Shown here one piece after another: positions 12,927-24,700 of a stretch of DNA of 64,000 nt (its first letter is position 1; every line of letters begins with the position of its first letter). The notes beneath the pieces are model-generated. The model made no database searches and had not been told where the DNA came from. It worked only from the letters and a program-made list of their open reading frames with translations. This DNA comes from Lama glama (Eukaryota). The position numbers and the translations under genes were made by a program. Location of the stretch: the NCBI GenBank assembly GCA_028534125.1, contig CM052817.1, positions 91,018,001 through 91,082,000 on the forward strand, read 5' to 3'.

Positions 12927-14618
12927 TTGAGTTAAAATGAAAATGAATGAACGATTTAAAAAAAAAAAAAGATGTAACTTTATGTGTACACTAGATGAGC
13001 CTCTATACTTAGTATCTTTAATAATTCTGTTTATTTTTAAGTTTTGACTTTGCTGTTACCACATTTTAGCTTATTCTTAGATCTAGTCACTTTTTAAGAT
13101 AACATTGTTATCTTAGTCTTAGATCTAGTCAAAATAATTGTTTATTTTTAAGTTTTGACTTTTCTTCCCTGTTACCTCATTGTTATTCTCAGATCTAGTC
13201 ATTTACTTCTTGAGGAAAACTTAATCTGTATCCATTCCTTTCGTTTGCTTTATCCTCTTCCTTTCCTTTCTTTGCTGACTTGTATGTATCTCCCAGAGAT
13301 CCAAGCAGGCAAGATGACAAACAGTATGTCTCAATGGGAATTAATAAATTGTGTTTAATGTAAAATTCTGAATACAGACTGTTACATTTTACAGATACTT
13401 TTTATGTGCATTTCAGATTGGAATAACTTCACAGAGGATGAAGGACCAATAAAATTCCACAAGACGTACAGTGTATGTGTCAGACATCTAAAAATTCTTG
13501 AGAAAGCAATTATACTGAGTGCTGTCTAATAATAAATCCAAATGGACAGCTATGATATGAACATTTCCTAACAACGCTACCCCCACCTGACTCTGCATTG
13601 CAATCTTTGCTCGACTCTCTACAGAAGAACAGATGTTCTGCTTTGGGTTGAGAAATCAACAGTTACCATTCATATGTTCCAAAAATTCAAGGGCCTAGTG
13701 CTGCTGTTTTAAGGATGCTAATTAATTCCAGGCCTTATGCTCCAAAATTCTTGCAGTTTCAATCAATTGTATTCTCACAGGACCTCAGTCCCCAGGATCT
13801 GCTTTGAAAGCCTAAGGGGATAAACTGCGAGGAAATGCATACTTCACTGATGGGGGGAAGAAAGGGGTTACTCTAAAAGGCTCTGATTTTGTCTGTTTCT
13901 TACAGTGTTATCATCACCATCCTCTCTGTTCTGTTGATTTGAACAGGTAAGCACAGCCCAGATGACAAATTTAACTGAAACAATGCCTAGAGATGCCTTT
14001 GGTCATATTTTTTCTCCCAATTATTTACCATTCAAACACAGACTAATATTGGAAGCAGTGTATAAAGAGCTATTTCTGAATCTGTTCCTGGCTTTTACGT
14101 TTGTTTGTTTCTTTGTTTGTTTGTTTGTTTTTATAACTAGTATTGATTATGCATAATATCCAGGTAGGGACATGGTAAAAATGCTGGTTCCAGGACTTCG
14201 AAGCCCACAGATTGGTGGATCTGTGAAGATACCAGGGTATCTGCAATCTTTAAATAAATGCCTTACTCTGAGGACCTGAGGAAATGCTGTGTTCATCCAA
14301 GTGCACTCCTGAATGGGGATGTTAACAATCTATGTGACCTTTGCCCCAGATGAGAGAGCTCAAGCAGAAACAGTGGGGTGGGTCAAGGTTGGTATAAAGT
14401 CCCATTGCATTTACATTAGCAGAGTTGGCTCTGCTCCGGGCACCCCAGCCCTTCACACTGGACTATCTCATTGTCTCCTGCAGTTGAATCTCTTGGGGTG
14501 ATGACAATGGCTGGACCCTGGGAGGTCGGGGCCCAGGGATTTGCTTTCTTAGCAATCACCGCAGGTGAACCTTACACACCCTGAAGTTTGATGAGCGGCT
14601 ATTTGACATCAAAGCTGA

Positions 14619-14790
14619 GGAGTCAGCCTGACCTGGGTTGAAATCTGAGATATTTTACTTATAATTGCCTGACTTGGGCAAGTTCCTTACCCCTAACTTA
14701 ATCCCTCTGAGCTTCAGTTTCCTCACTCTAATTGGGAATAATAGTGTTAACTTTCAGTTGTTGTGAGAATTAAATATGATCATGTCTTTC
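14619..14790 (+). mobile_element. MIR
   Basis: gacctgggttgaaatc ... tgacttgggcaagtt ... ctctgagcttcagtttcctca ... gttgttgtgagaattaaat. Confidence 0.85.
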
Positions 14791-14885
14791 AACATACGGG
14801 TACAGGGTAGGAATCTGAAAACAAGAGGAGCAAGAGGTTTCACTGCTATGTGTTGCCCTTTCGTCTAAGAAACGACAGGACCTGT

Positions 14886-16028
14886 TGTCAGAGTGTTACG
14901 GAAATGACAGGCCAGCCAAGAAACAAGCACCACTCAGAGGGTTGGAATACTCCGATGTATTATGCCGGCGGGCTCAGAGGGGCTTCTGCTCCGAAGCTCT
15001 GAGCACCTCCAAGATGTGCGCATGAGGTTTTATAGGGTTAAGTACAAGCTTGGGGTATTCAGCCAATAGGCATGGAACAGCTTTAGCAGCATCATTATCA
15101 CAAAAGTGGAGGCAGGGAGGCAGCAAACCAACATTCCAAAGCCAGATATATCTCTTTGAAAGTCCAGCTGGCTAGCAAAAAAACATGAATGGGGAATCAG
15201 CAAACCAACACTAATTAACTTAGATTTATGAGTTAGTCCAGCAGAACTCAGATCAGTATTCCGATACTTAGATTTGTGAGTTATCCGGCTTTTCTTGTTA
15301 GCCCAGCCCAGCCTTTCTTTCACATTCCTAGACTTGTGAGTTATCTTATTAGCCCAGCCCGGCTTTTCCTTCACAAGAGCAGGCAGATAGCTAGATATGA
15401 GCAGAGAAAGGGGGACACAGACCAAATGGCAGGAATTGGGCAGAAAAGAGGGGCACAGGCCAAATGCCGGAAACCACACAGCATGTAAGCAGCAGGGGTC
15501 CTTGGGCAGAGAAAGAAAAGCAGGAACCTTGGGGCTGATAAGGGATCATGCCTTTTGGAATGACAAGTGGCCTGAAGAAGAACAAAGAAAGGTGAGAAAA
15601 GGCAGGAATTTCTAGTGTCCAAATGTAACCTTTTGCTCATTATGCCCTCATTTCAATAAAATTAGCCTTGCAGATCAGAAGGATCCATCATGCACCGAAG
15701 CCATGACACTTCCAATCCAGACTAAATAAGAACAAAAATCCCTCCTCCCTTTGGGAAGGTGGAGTTGGGATGATAATCAGGGAATACGACCCCAAACCCT
15801 TCCCTCCCCAATGAATATTCCGCCCATTCATTTTTACACCCTATGTAGCTAACTTGGCAAAGAAACTCAGGGCAGCCGCTCACCTGAGCCTGCCCGCTCT
15901 CCCCTGAGAGTGTGCTATCCATCCTTTAATAAATCCTCACTGTACATTTGTAACCTCTAAATCTTGTCTCTGAATTCTTTCTGGGACGGGACAAGAACCT
16001 GGAACACCGGTTGCATCTATTGGCAACA
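14886..16028 (+). mobile_element. ERV1-class solo LTR (outer; 657 bp once the nested LTR and one TSD copy are removed)
   Basis: TG...CA termini (TGTCAGAG...GGCAACA) with perfect 4-bp TSD CTGT (14882-14885 / 16029-16032). AATAAA at 15928-15933 is followed by a U5-like tail (gaattctttctg ... caagaacct). Confidence 0.88.
14894..15375 (-). mobile_element. ERV1-class solo LTR (inner, 482 bp) nested in the outer LTR
   Basis: TG...CA termini with perfect 4-bp TSD AGAG (14890-14893 / 15376-15379). Minus-strand TATAAAA (15028-15034), CCAAT box (15063-15067), AATACA (14956-14961) and repeated U3 blocks. Confidence 0.9.
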
Positions 16029-16774
16029 CTGTGACTCTTTCCCACGACTGTTTGCGTGAGTTCATACACAGGATTCTTTTGGTGTTTTGCTGAAGGAGGG
16101 GAAGGAATGTTATTTTTTGTTGTAGGGGAGTTTGGGAGGGTTTGGGAATGAGGGAGAAGAAATGAAGAAGTCAGGGACGATAATAATGGGACCTGTCCAG
16201 ACCCTGACATTTGACTTCATCGTGTACCCCCGACAGGGAGGAATTAGGGCCACAGTCTGAAGGAGCTGTTTTCTTAACAGACTTTTTGTGACTGTAGACC
16301 CAAGTCATGATGTTCTAAGGCCCAAATAGTAAGGCAAGGCAAAGAAATAGGAAGAGAGCCATTCTTCTTTTCTGAGTGGAATCTATCTCTGCTTGGAAAC
16401 CTAAAGACCAGCATCATTAGAAGAAGCAAAAGACAGCGCTGGACGTAAGTATTGGTGGCCTCACAGCTGCCACCATTAGAAATGGCAATGGAACACTCCC
16501 CCAGAAGGCGTTGAGGGCTGCAGGTAAGGGATCGTCAGAGAAAGCAAGGAAAGCTTGATTTCTAAAACTGAAAATTCAGTTGTCAGCACATGCCAGACTT
16601 CCCTTGGGAGCCCCTACACACTTGGAGAGGTCTTTGCAGACCAGCTCCATGCCCTGCAGGAGAGAGAAGGGATAGGAGCAGGAGCCAGGGTCCTCGCTGT
16701 CCCCACACCTTGCTTTGTATCCACAGATAGGTGAGGAGTCCCAGTAACAATTTTCAATAAAAATGCTTGTTATT

Positions 16775-17079
16775 CCAAAAACAGACTCACAGACATAGAA
16801 AACAAACCAGGGTTACCAAAGAGGAAAGGGTGGGGAGGGATAAATCAGGGGTTGGGAATTAACAGACACATGTTACTATTACTGTATATAAAATAAACAA
16901 GGACCTACTGTATAGCACAGGGAACTATATTCAACTTCTTGTAATAACATATAATGAAAAACAATCTGAAAAGAAAATATGTATGTATGTATATATGTAA
17001 CTGAGTAACTTTGCTGTACACCCTAAACTAACACTGTAAATCAACTACACTGCAATAAACTTTTTTAAAAAATGATAAT
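16775..17079 (+). mobile_element. 5'-truncated L1 3' UTR
   Basis: acagactcacagacatagaaaacaaac ... Perfect 14-bp TSD AAATGCTTGTTATT (16761-16774 / 17080-17093). Confidence 0.93.
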
Positions 17080-18117
17080 AAATGCTTGTTATTGGTCCCA
17101 AGGGGGACCAGCCAAGCAAGAGCAGAGAGAAAGAAATGTTTGTCTCTTTCTAGCCTAAATGTCAAAAGAAAATGTCAAATAAGGGTCACCATCAACTCTT
17201 ATCTGGGCTTAGTTGCTGCTGACATCAAACCATTTTAACTTCTATGTGATGCAGTCTCCTCATCTGTGAAATTGACAGGGGCACTCAAGGTTTGATATAT
17301 GAAGATCAAAACAGCTCAATATGATATAGAGTGAGCATATAAAAGAGCCCTCCAAATTAAAGGTTTGGTCTACATCTGATGGTCAAATAAAGCAGCTGTC
17401 TGGAATTATACTGTATTCAGATGGTGGTAGAACAAGTGCAGAAACTCTTTGAGTTTGCTCTGTCATTAACAAATTGAGTGACCTTGAGCAAGTCCTTTAA
17501 ACTCTATAAGCCTCACTTTCCTCCTCAGTAAAGGGAAGAGGTCTGTAAGGTCTATTTCATCCCTAGGGTTCCAGGTAGAAGATGCAGGTCTTGAGAAGAG
17601 TAGCTAAAAATACGATCTCCTTGTAATGCCAAGGGAGTTACATCACCCCGCACTTACAAGAACCCAAATGTTGACTGAGATCTTCTGTAAGCAAAAAGAA
17701 ACACTGAAAAGCCTTGTCAGGCATTTTGTAGCTGTTTGGTAATGCAGATTTGAATGTGTCTATCTTGAGCAGTCCCAGATGTTTATACCACTTGGATGTG
17801 TGGTAAAAAGTTAATGTTTCACTTAATGAGATACACCCTGGCCCCTTTCTGGCATTAAAGCCGCAATGAAGAGGGGAGGAACAGGGCAGCTTGCCTTCAT
17901 GGTGAGAATCACACACTTCAGTCACCAGCTTATCCATGACACTGGCAGTATGAGTTCAATCCTCTGTGTTCATTCACTGGTCTATCAACAGAATTTGCTG
18001 TGTAATCTCTTTAGCTGGGCACTGTGCAAAGATGTGGGGAATGCAAAGATGTCATCCCTGCCTTCCCTGAATATGCAATCTGATTTGAAGAGATAGGAAT
18101 CCAAGCACTTACAAAAA

Positions 18118-18262
18118 AGTGGTAGAGCACATGCTTAGCGTGCACGAGGTCCTGGGTTCAATCCCCAGTACCTCCTCTAGAAAAAAGTAAATAAATAAAT
18201 AAACTTAATTACCTCCCCTCCAGCATAAATAAATAAATAAATAAATAAACCTTAAAAAAAAA
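18118..18262 (+). mobile_element. Vic-1-type SINE, 5'-truncated
   Basis: AGTGGTAGAGCACATGCTTAGCGTGCACGAGGTCCTGGGTTCAATCCCCAGTACCTCC followed by a bipartite (TAAA)n tail. Confidence 0.9.
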
Positions 18263-18344
18263 TATAGTATATCACAAGTGTCAGTCACATGACTCTAGGC
18301 AATAAGTGCCATTTATCCAGTGGATTTTAAGTGGATTTAATAAG

Positions 18345-18419
18345 TGGGGAAGGAAATAGCTCAGTGTTAGAACACATGTTTAGCATGCACCACTAAAATG
18401 AATAAATAAATAAATAAAT
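18345..18419 (+). mobile_element. Vic-1-type SINE with internal deletion of the B box
   Basis: GGGGAAGGAAATAGCTCAGTGTTAGAACACATGTTTAGCATGCAC joined directly to a (TAAA)n tail. Confidence 0.7.
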
Positions 18420-19974
18420 GTATTCGATGTCTTTCTTCAGTGGAATGAGACATCAATTCTAGATAGAGTGCACCAAGGTTTTTCCAGTGAACCTGGAATT
18501 TTGAGCTGGTTGTAATGGATGAATGTAAAGAGGGGAGTGAAGTGGGGAAGGCTCCCTCTAGGATGGGACATTCACATAAACAAAGGCATTAAATTGGGAA
18601 GTCTCAGAAGCAAGCGGAATAGAGCAGATTAAATCCTGCCTTGTTGTTCAGTGTGGCAACTACTCACAGCCCCTCGTTACTATTTCTGTACCTCACTGAA
18701 TGGATCCCATCAAACTGACCATTATAAACTGTTCCTTGACTCAAAGTACTTGTTTCTTTAACCAGAATAACCCATTTCATTAAATTAAGTGGATAGTTGC
18801 CAACTCAAGTTTGGAGATCTATAGATCCAATCTTTCCACTAACACAAGAAAAAAATATATATAGACTTTTCCATTTCTGCTCACATCCAGGAAGGACAGA
18901 ACAGCCTGTAGCCCCCACTGCTCTCTTAACTTTAGGTGTATCTTCTGCAGTCAGCTAACTCAATAGTTTGAATCCACAATAAAGCCATCGGGACATGTCA
19001 GGAGGATGAGTGGCAAAAAGCCAAACCATGAGGCTTCCCAGTGGAAAACATGTTGATAAATACCCAGGCATACCTTGATTGAGCAGTATTTCATCGCCTC
19101 ACTTAGTGGGTAAGAAATCTTGTTAGCCATTAGCCATTGGTAATACCATAGCCCTACCATAAACTTGCTTTGCAAATCAGAAAGACATGACATCAGCAGC
19201 AGCTGGTGCTGGAAATAAACTCAGGACTAACACCAACTGGAAGTATAAACACTGAATAAGCAAATACATTCAAGGAAAGAGATGGCCTTTCTACCATACG
19301 TCTCACCATAACCTACCTCTCTCACTACTGAGTTGAATTCGTACCATTTAAAAAGTGTTAGCCTACAATACTCTCATGATTTGCTTTATTTTTCAGTAGT
19401 TTGAATACTTTAAATTACAAAAAGCTTTTTGTGAATAATTATCTTCTAGGCAAGGTTTCTATTTCAATTATCTTCTGTAACACAGCAGGTCTATTATTTA
19501 AAAGTTTGGTGTTTGTTCCTTCATCCGACACATTCCACCTTTGACAAATTTCTCTCCATTGGCAGTTTCTATTTATATTTCCACATATTCATATAACAAA
19601 TTTAAATAAAATCTTCCACTTGTATCATTAATTAGCATTTGGCAATGGGCCTGATTAAATGCCCTTGGCAGCAAAATGATTTAAGTATTTAAAAGGTTAC
19701 TTTTATCACTTATTAAGAATGCCTATTAGAGAACTATTACCACCAACTTCTCAACAAGGGTAACTCTTCAGAGTCTCCGGGTTGTGTTCAGTCACGGGCA
19801 GTCAGGATGGTCAGTTTTTCTAACGAATAAGGAAAGTTTGTCTGAATGAGAGGAAGTTTAAATGATTTTTAAAATTTGGGTTTAAATGATTAATAATTTT
19901 TCTGCTAATTCATGCTGAAACATAAGGGGAAAAGTTTTCTTCTCATTACTGATAATGTGAATAGGATTAAAAAA

Positions 19975-20422
19975 ATTTTTATTGAAGTATAGTTGATTTA
20001 CAATGTTTCAAGTGTACAGCAAAATGATTCAGTTACACATACATATAACATATTCTTTTTCAGATTCTTTCCCATTATATCTTACTATAAGAAATTGAAT
20101 ATAGTTCCCTGTGCTACACAGTAGGTCCTTGTTGTTCATCTATTTTATATGTATATACATAGTGTGTGTATCTGTTAATTCCCAAATTCCAAATTTATCC
20201 CTCCCCCCTTTCTCTTTAGTAACTATAAATTTGCTTTCTATGTCTGTGAGTCTATTTCTGTTTTGTAAATAAGTTCATCTGTATCATTTTTTTAGATACC
20301 ATATATAAGTAATATCATATGGTATTTGTCTTTCTCTGACTTACTTCACCTAGTATGATCACCTCTAGATCCATCCATGTTGCTGCAAAAGACATTATTT
20401 CATTATTTTTTATGGCTGAGTA
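19975..20422 (-). mobile_element. L1 3' end
   Basis: tttattgaagtatagttgatttacaatg ... catccatgttgctgcaaa ... ttatggctgagta (antisense L1 3' UTR and ORF2 end). Confidence 0.92.
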
Positions 20423-21691
20423 ATTGAGTAGGGATTTATTTAACCAGAAGTCCTAATCCATACCCCTCTAACTGTGAAGTTAAATATACTTCAAACACCG
20501 TGACTGAATATGAACTCCCTGGGCCTGGAAAACCCTTGCTCTCTAGCTGCGAGCTCTCATTCATGGGATTCCTGCTCACAGCTATGTTTCCAGCAACTAG
20601 CCCAGTGCCCAGCATATAAGTGTTCAATAAATATGTGTTATGTAATAAAGTATAGACTCTTGATTTACAGTATACTTCTTAAGAGAGGTGGATTGCCACT
20701 TATTTTTCACTTGTACATGATTCCATTTAAATGAGACATAGCTATAAGAAGTGAGTAATGTGGAGGAAAAATATTTGGAGCAAGCAATGCAGTAAATCTT
20801 GGAAAATTAGCCACGGTGATGGTATAACTTCCACCTTCATGAAATGATCTAAGTAAGGCAAAAAGGAAGGAAGAAAGAAGGAGTGGGGTGTGAGAAAAGG
20901 AGGCAAAAAGAAGAGAAATCTGTTCTTATTTAAAGAAGGAAAATAGGAAAATACTGTATTTAAATAAATACTAAGTAATCTATTGAATTTTCGAAGTCTA
21001 CAAATGAATATACATACTGTATAAAATGAATGAAAATATCCATTTGCTGTGACTTTTCCCAAGTACAGTGTTTCATGGTTTTCTGCCTCATCAGGAGAAT
21101 TAGAAACAAGGTCCCGTGATGAGTAATGCTTTGGTGACTAGAACACAGACTCGAATGTTGCAAATGGTATAGTTGATTTACTAGAGACTTCCCTGGGCTT
21201 TTGGCATATGAGTAAATATTTGTTGAGCAAAGAGATTTAAGACATAAAGACTTCCTTCAGGGAGTTTGCAATCTGGTTGTCTTCAACAAGAATCTTAGAA
21301 GGAAAAAAAAGAAAAATATGGAAACAAGGAGGAATCTGTATTTCAAGAAAACCTTCCAGAAAGAAAGAGAAACTAGAAACTTTCAGGATAAGATGTGAGG
21401 GAAAACTACAAAACATTAACACATTTAGCACCTAAAAGAGCCTCAGACTCCAGGCAGATCAAACTCAGAAATGTAATCTACCACCACCTTCAGTCATAGG
21501 TAGACTGTTACTCAATTTTTGCAAAAAAGAAAAACATATGTAAATATTGAAGGAAATAAAAATGATATAAGCTATACTGTGAATAAAATATTTATCAGTC
21601 AAACAAATTCATAATCGGAAGCTGGCTACTTTTCAAATATAAATCAACAGTGAATAAGGGAAATTTTAGATCATGTGTGCAAAAGAAGCTT

Positions 21692-21739
21692 GAACCAGAA
21701 ATTGGCACATTGTAACTGACTACAATTTAAAAAAAAAAA
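21692..21739 (+). mobile_element. Extremely truncated L1 3' end (~48 bp including polyA)
   Basis: accagaaattggcacattgtaactgactaca plus polyA. TSD AAAAGAAGCTT (21681-21691) / AAAAGAGGCTT (21740-21750). Confidence 0.8.
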
Positions 21740-24700
21740 AAAAGAGGCTTAAAATAAATCTCTGGTTATCAACGCTAAGTTTTGCAAATACAGACAATAA
21801 ACTGTTCAGTATATTGGGTCCTCTTCATCTCGGGAAACATCCACTGCATTATTTGCACATTCTTAATTTTCTTTTCTTAAATTTCTTTAGCGCTACTGAA
21901 AAGTAAAGAGCTCAGAAAAGAGTTCTACCCTTTTCCTTGGCAAAAGCATCAGATGAATAGATTGACTTGTGTAAGCCTACTTTGTCCAAGAAGGGAGAAA
22001 GATGGAGAAGAGATCTTTACGAGGAGCCTTCTTTGTGCCAGATGTGTTAAATATAGTATATGTATTCTCTCTGAATCCTTCCAATCACCCTGCAAATTCA
22101 ATTAATAGGAATATTATTTCTCTGTTGGAGATAAAAGAATTAAGAATCAGAGAGATTTACCAATTTTCATAATGTTAACTGTTAGTGGAAGTAGGTCTGA
22201 ATGCTGGTCAGCTGGGCAAAAAAATGCATGTGCTCATCCCACTGGCACAAGCAGCAGCCTTTACAAAAGAAAGGTTCCCTAAAACCACCATCTACTCATT
22301 CCGGGCTACAAATATGCATTGGGTTCAATCTTGTCTGACCCTTAGTATGCCCAACTGATTGAACACAACCAGTGACCATCACTTGGTGGCATCTATCACC
22401 TGTACTCTGGATGTAATATTCATATATCTGCTTCATGTTCTTTGGGTAGACTTTTTAGTTCACTCTCTTGTGAAGCTAATATGGCCTCTTTTATAGACAT
22501 TACATTTGTTTACTATCTTATGCTGGCCATCACCTCCACCACCACCACCACCACCAGATTGTATCTTATTATTTTCTGCAGGCCCCAACACAGTGCCTTG
22601 CAAATCATTGGTAGTAAATCGTTGCTAAACTGAACTGAAATATACTGAGCCAAATTAGGTTGTCCTAAATTATAGGGTCGGGTTGCATAGTCCACATCAC
22701 CTTTGATTCAGCTAATTATTGAGCGCCAACTGTGTGCCAGATGACACTGTATTTTGTAGTACCACTCACAGTATTTCATTTTTATACAACATTTTTTAAA
22801 TGGTAAATGAGGCCCCATTGCTTGTGGTGTCATTACGGACTCCTATGACTCGAGAAATACTAATATTTGATATCACTCAATTTTGCCATTCAGAGCCATA
22901 GGTCAGTACTGTAAATGAGTCTTTCTATGTGTCTTTTCCCCCATTGGGAAAGTGGACAAGTGCACACTTCATCCTAGAATCTTCTCAATTATAAAAATTC
23001 AATTCTTGAGTTATGTGGGGCACAGCAAGTTTGGAGGAAGGTGGGGAATCTGATTATTAACTGAATATTAAGACGCTTTGTCATTTTTCTCCCTATTATA
23101 CTCAGATTTCTTCCCTATCTTTTGTTAGAGTCCTGAGAACCACAGTCTCTGAGTAATTTAATCTGCTGGTTTCTGATCCTTCTCACTTCTTTTCCACGTG
23201 GTCCCGGCCACGTGGCCATTCTGGTTGTTAAGATATGTGAATCCTTGGGGATATAATTAAAGAGGCACTGAGATTCTTTCATCAAAGGACAGTTCACCTG
23301 CTGCAGCTCTACTGCTGTTTGTGCAGGTTAACTACTTGGCAGTCCTTTCATGTCCTGGAGTCAATCTGTGTTTAAAGGATGGAGGTGAGTGGGCAGGACA
23401 GGGCAGTTTATCTTTGCTGCCTTCTCATTTATTATCGCATTGCTCTCTCTCACATGGCACTACCTCAGCTGATCAAAATCAGGGACCACATATCACCAGT
23501 GTCATTGCGATGAAAGGCAAAATGCATTCTTCATTTAATCTACATGAGAGTATTTAAAATAATCATGACAATAAATCTAATGGAAATACCCAAACATAGA
23601 AATTGCTTATTCCAGAGCAGAAATTACTGTCTTCTTTTTCTTTTTTTTTGCTAGGTTTCCCACAGCAGTCACAGATATCTTTCCAATATATGAATATTCT
23701 CAACTATCAGATCAGCCTGTAAAATCACGTCAGTTGCCTGCAGCCAACACATCTGTGCCTGATTTCAAACAGGGAATGGCCAGTTATCAACAGAAGCTCA
23801 ACTCTATTCAACTTCCAGCCATAAGGCCATAACCCTTTGAAAGACCTCAGCATAAAGATGTTCTACTAAAATAGCATTCACCCAAATTGTGCCTCTCTCC
23901 CTCCCTCCTAAAATTCAACACAATCAAAATTTATTAGGTGCCTCTCATGTTCATATAAGGTTAAAGTGAGATGCCAGAAAAACAAGAATGGAAGAGACAG
24001 AGGTAGATAAGAACTTAGGGAGATGCACTGGGAGAAACGTAACTCCCAGCCAAATCCTGAGGATTTTTCAAGATATCAGCAATCTGATCACTGAAATCAA
24101 AGACCAAAAATACTAAAGCAGGAATTTTTTTCATCCACTGAAAAGACATGAGAAGTCAATCAACATAAATCTGACAGCGCAGGTCCCTTAACACAGAAAA
24201 CTTGAAGCCAAGCTCTGTGCCAGGAAGACAGGTGGAATTCATCATTCCTTTGCAGTTTCCTGAAATTCACAGGGCTTTACATACTGTCCCTTTGAATTAT
24301 GAGAGTAACATCACTTAATATACTCATTAAATGCAAGAGCCATAACATGTATAGCAACCATGTGTAGGTGACATACATCTTCTGAAAAATATCCAGAATA
24401 TCTCAAACTTTGCTGGCAGACTGAACCAAAAAAACCCCACAGGGCTCCCCGACAAAGCTGAAAAGCTGCCTGTTCATCTAAAGCTATTGAGAAGACACTA
24501 CAAGTTCCAACTTCGCATCGTTCGATAAGCACATGGTCAGGAGTGTGAAGAGTGGCCACCTATGTGCCAAGAGATTAGCCACAGTCCCCACTAAGTAGTG
24601 GAGGCGGTAGGGGACAGAGGGCAGCAGGGGAGGTTTGTGTGACCTATCCACTTTGAGAACAGGATACAGCTTTTCTAGGGGTCTCCAGCATAGAGTGTTT

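Noticed and set aside
15030..15640. Cluster of ORFs up to 149 aa
   Set aside because: All lie within or across the two LTRs; no gag, pol or env motifs.
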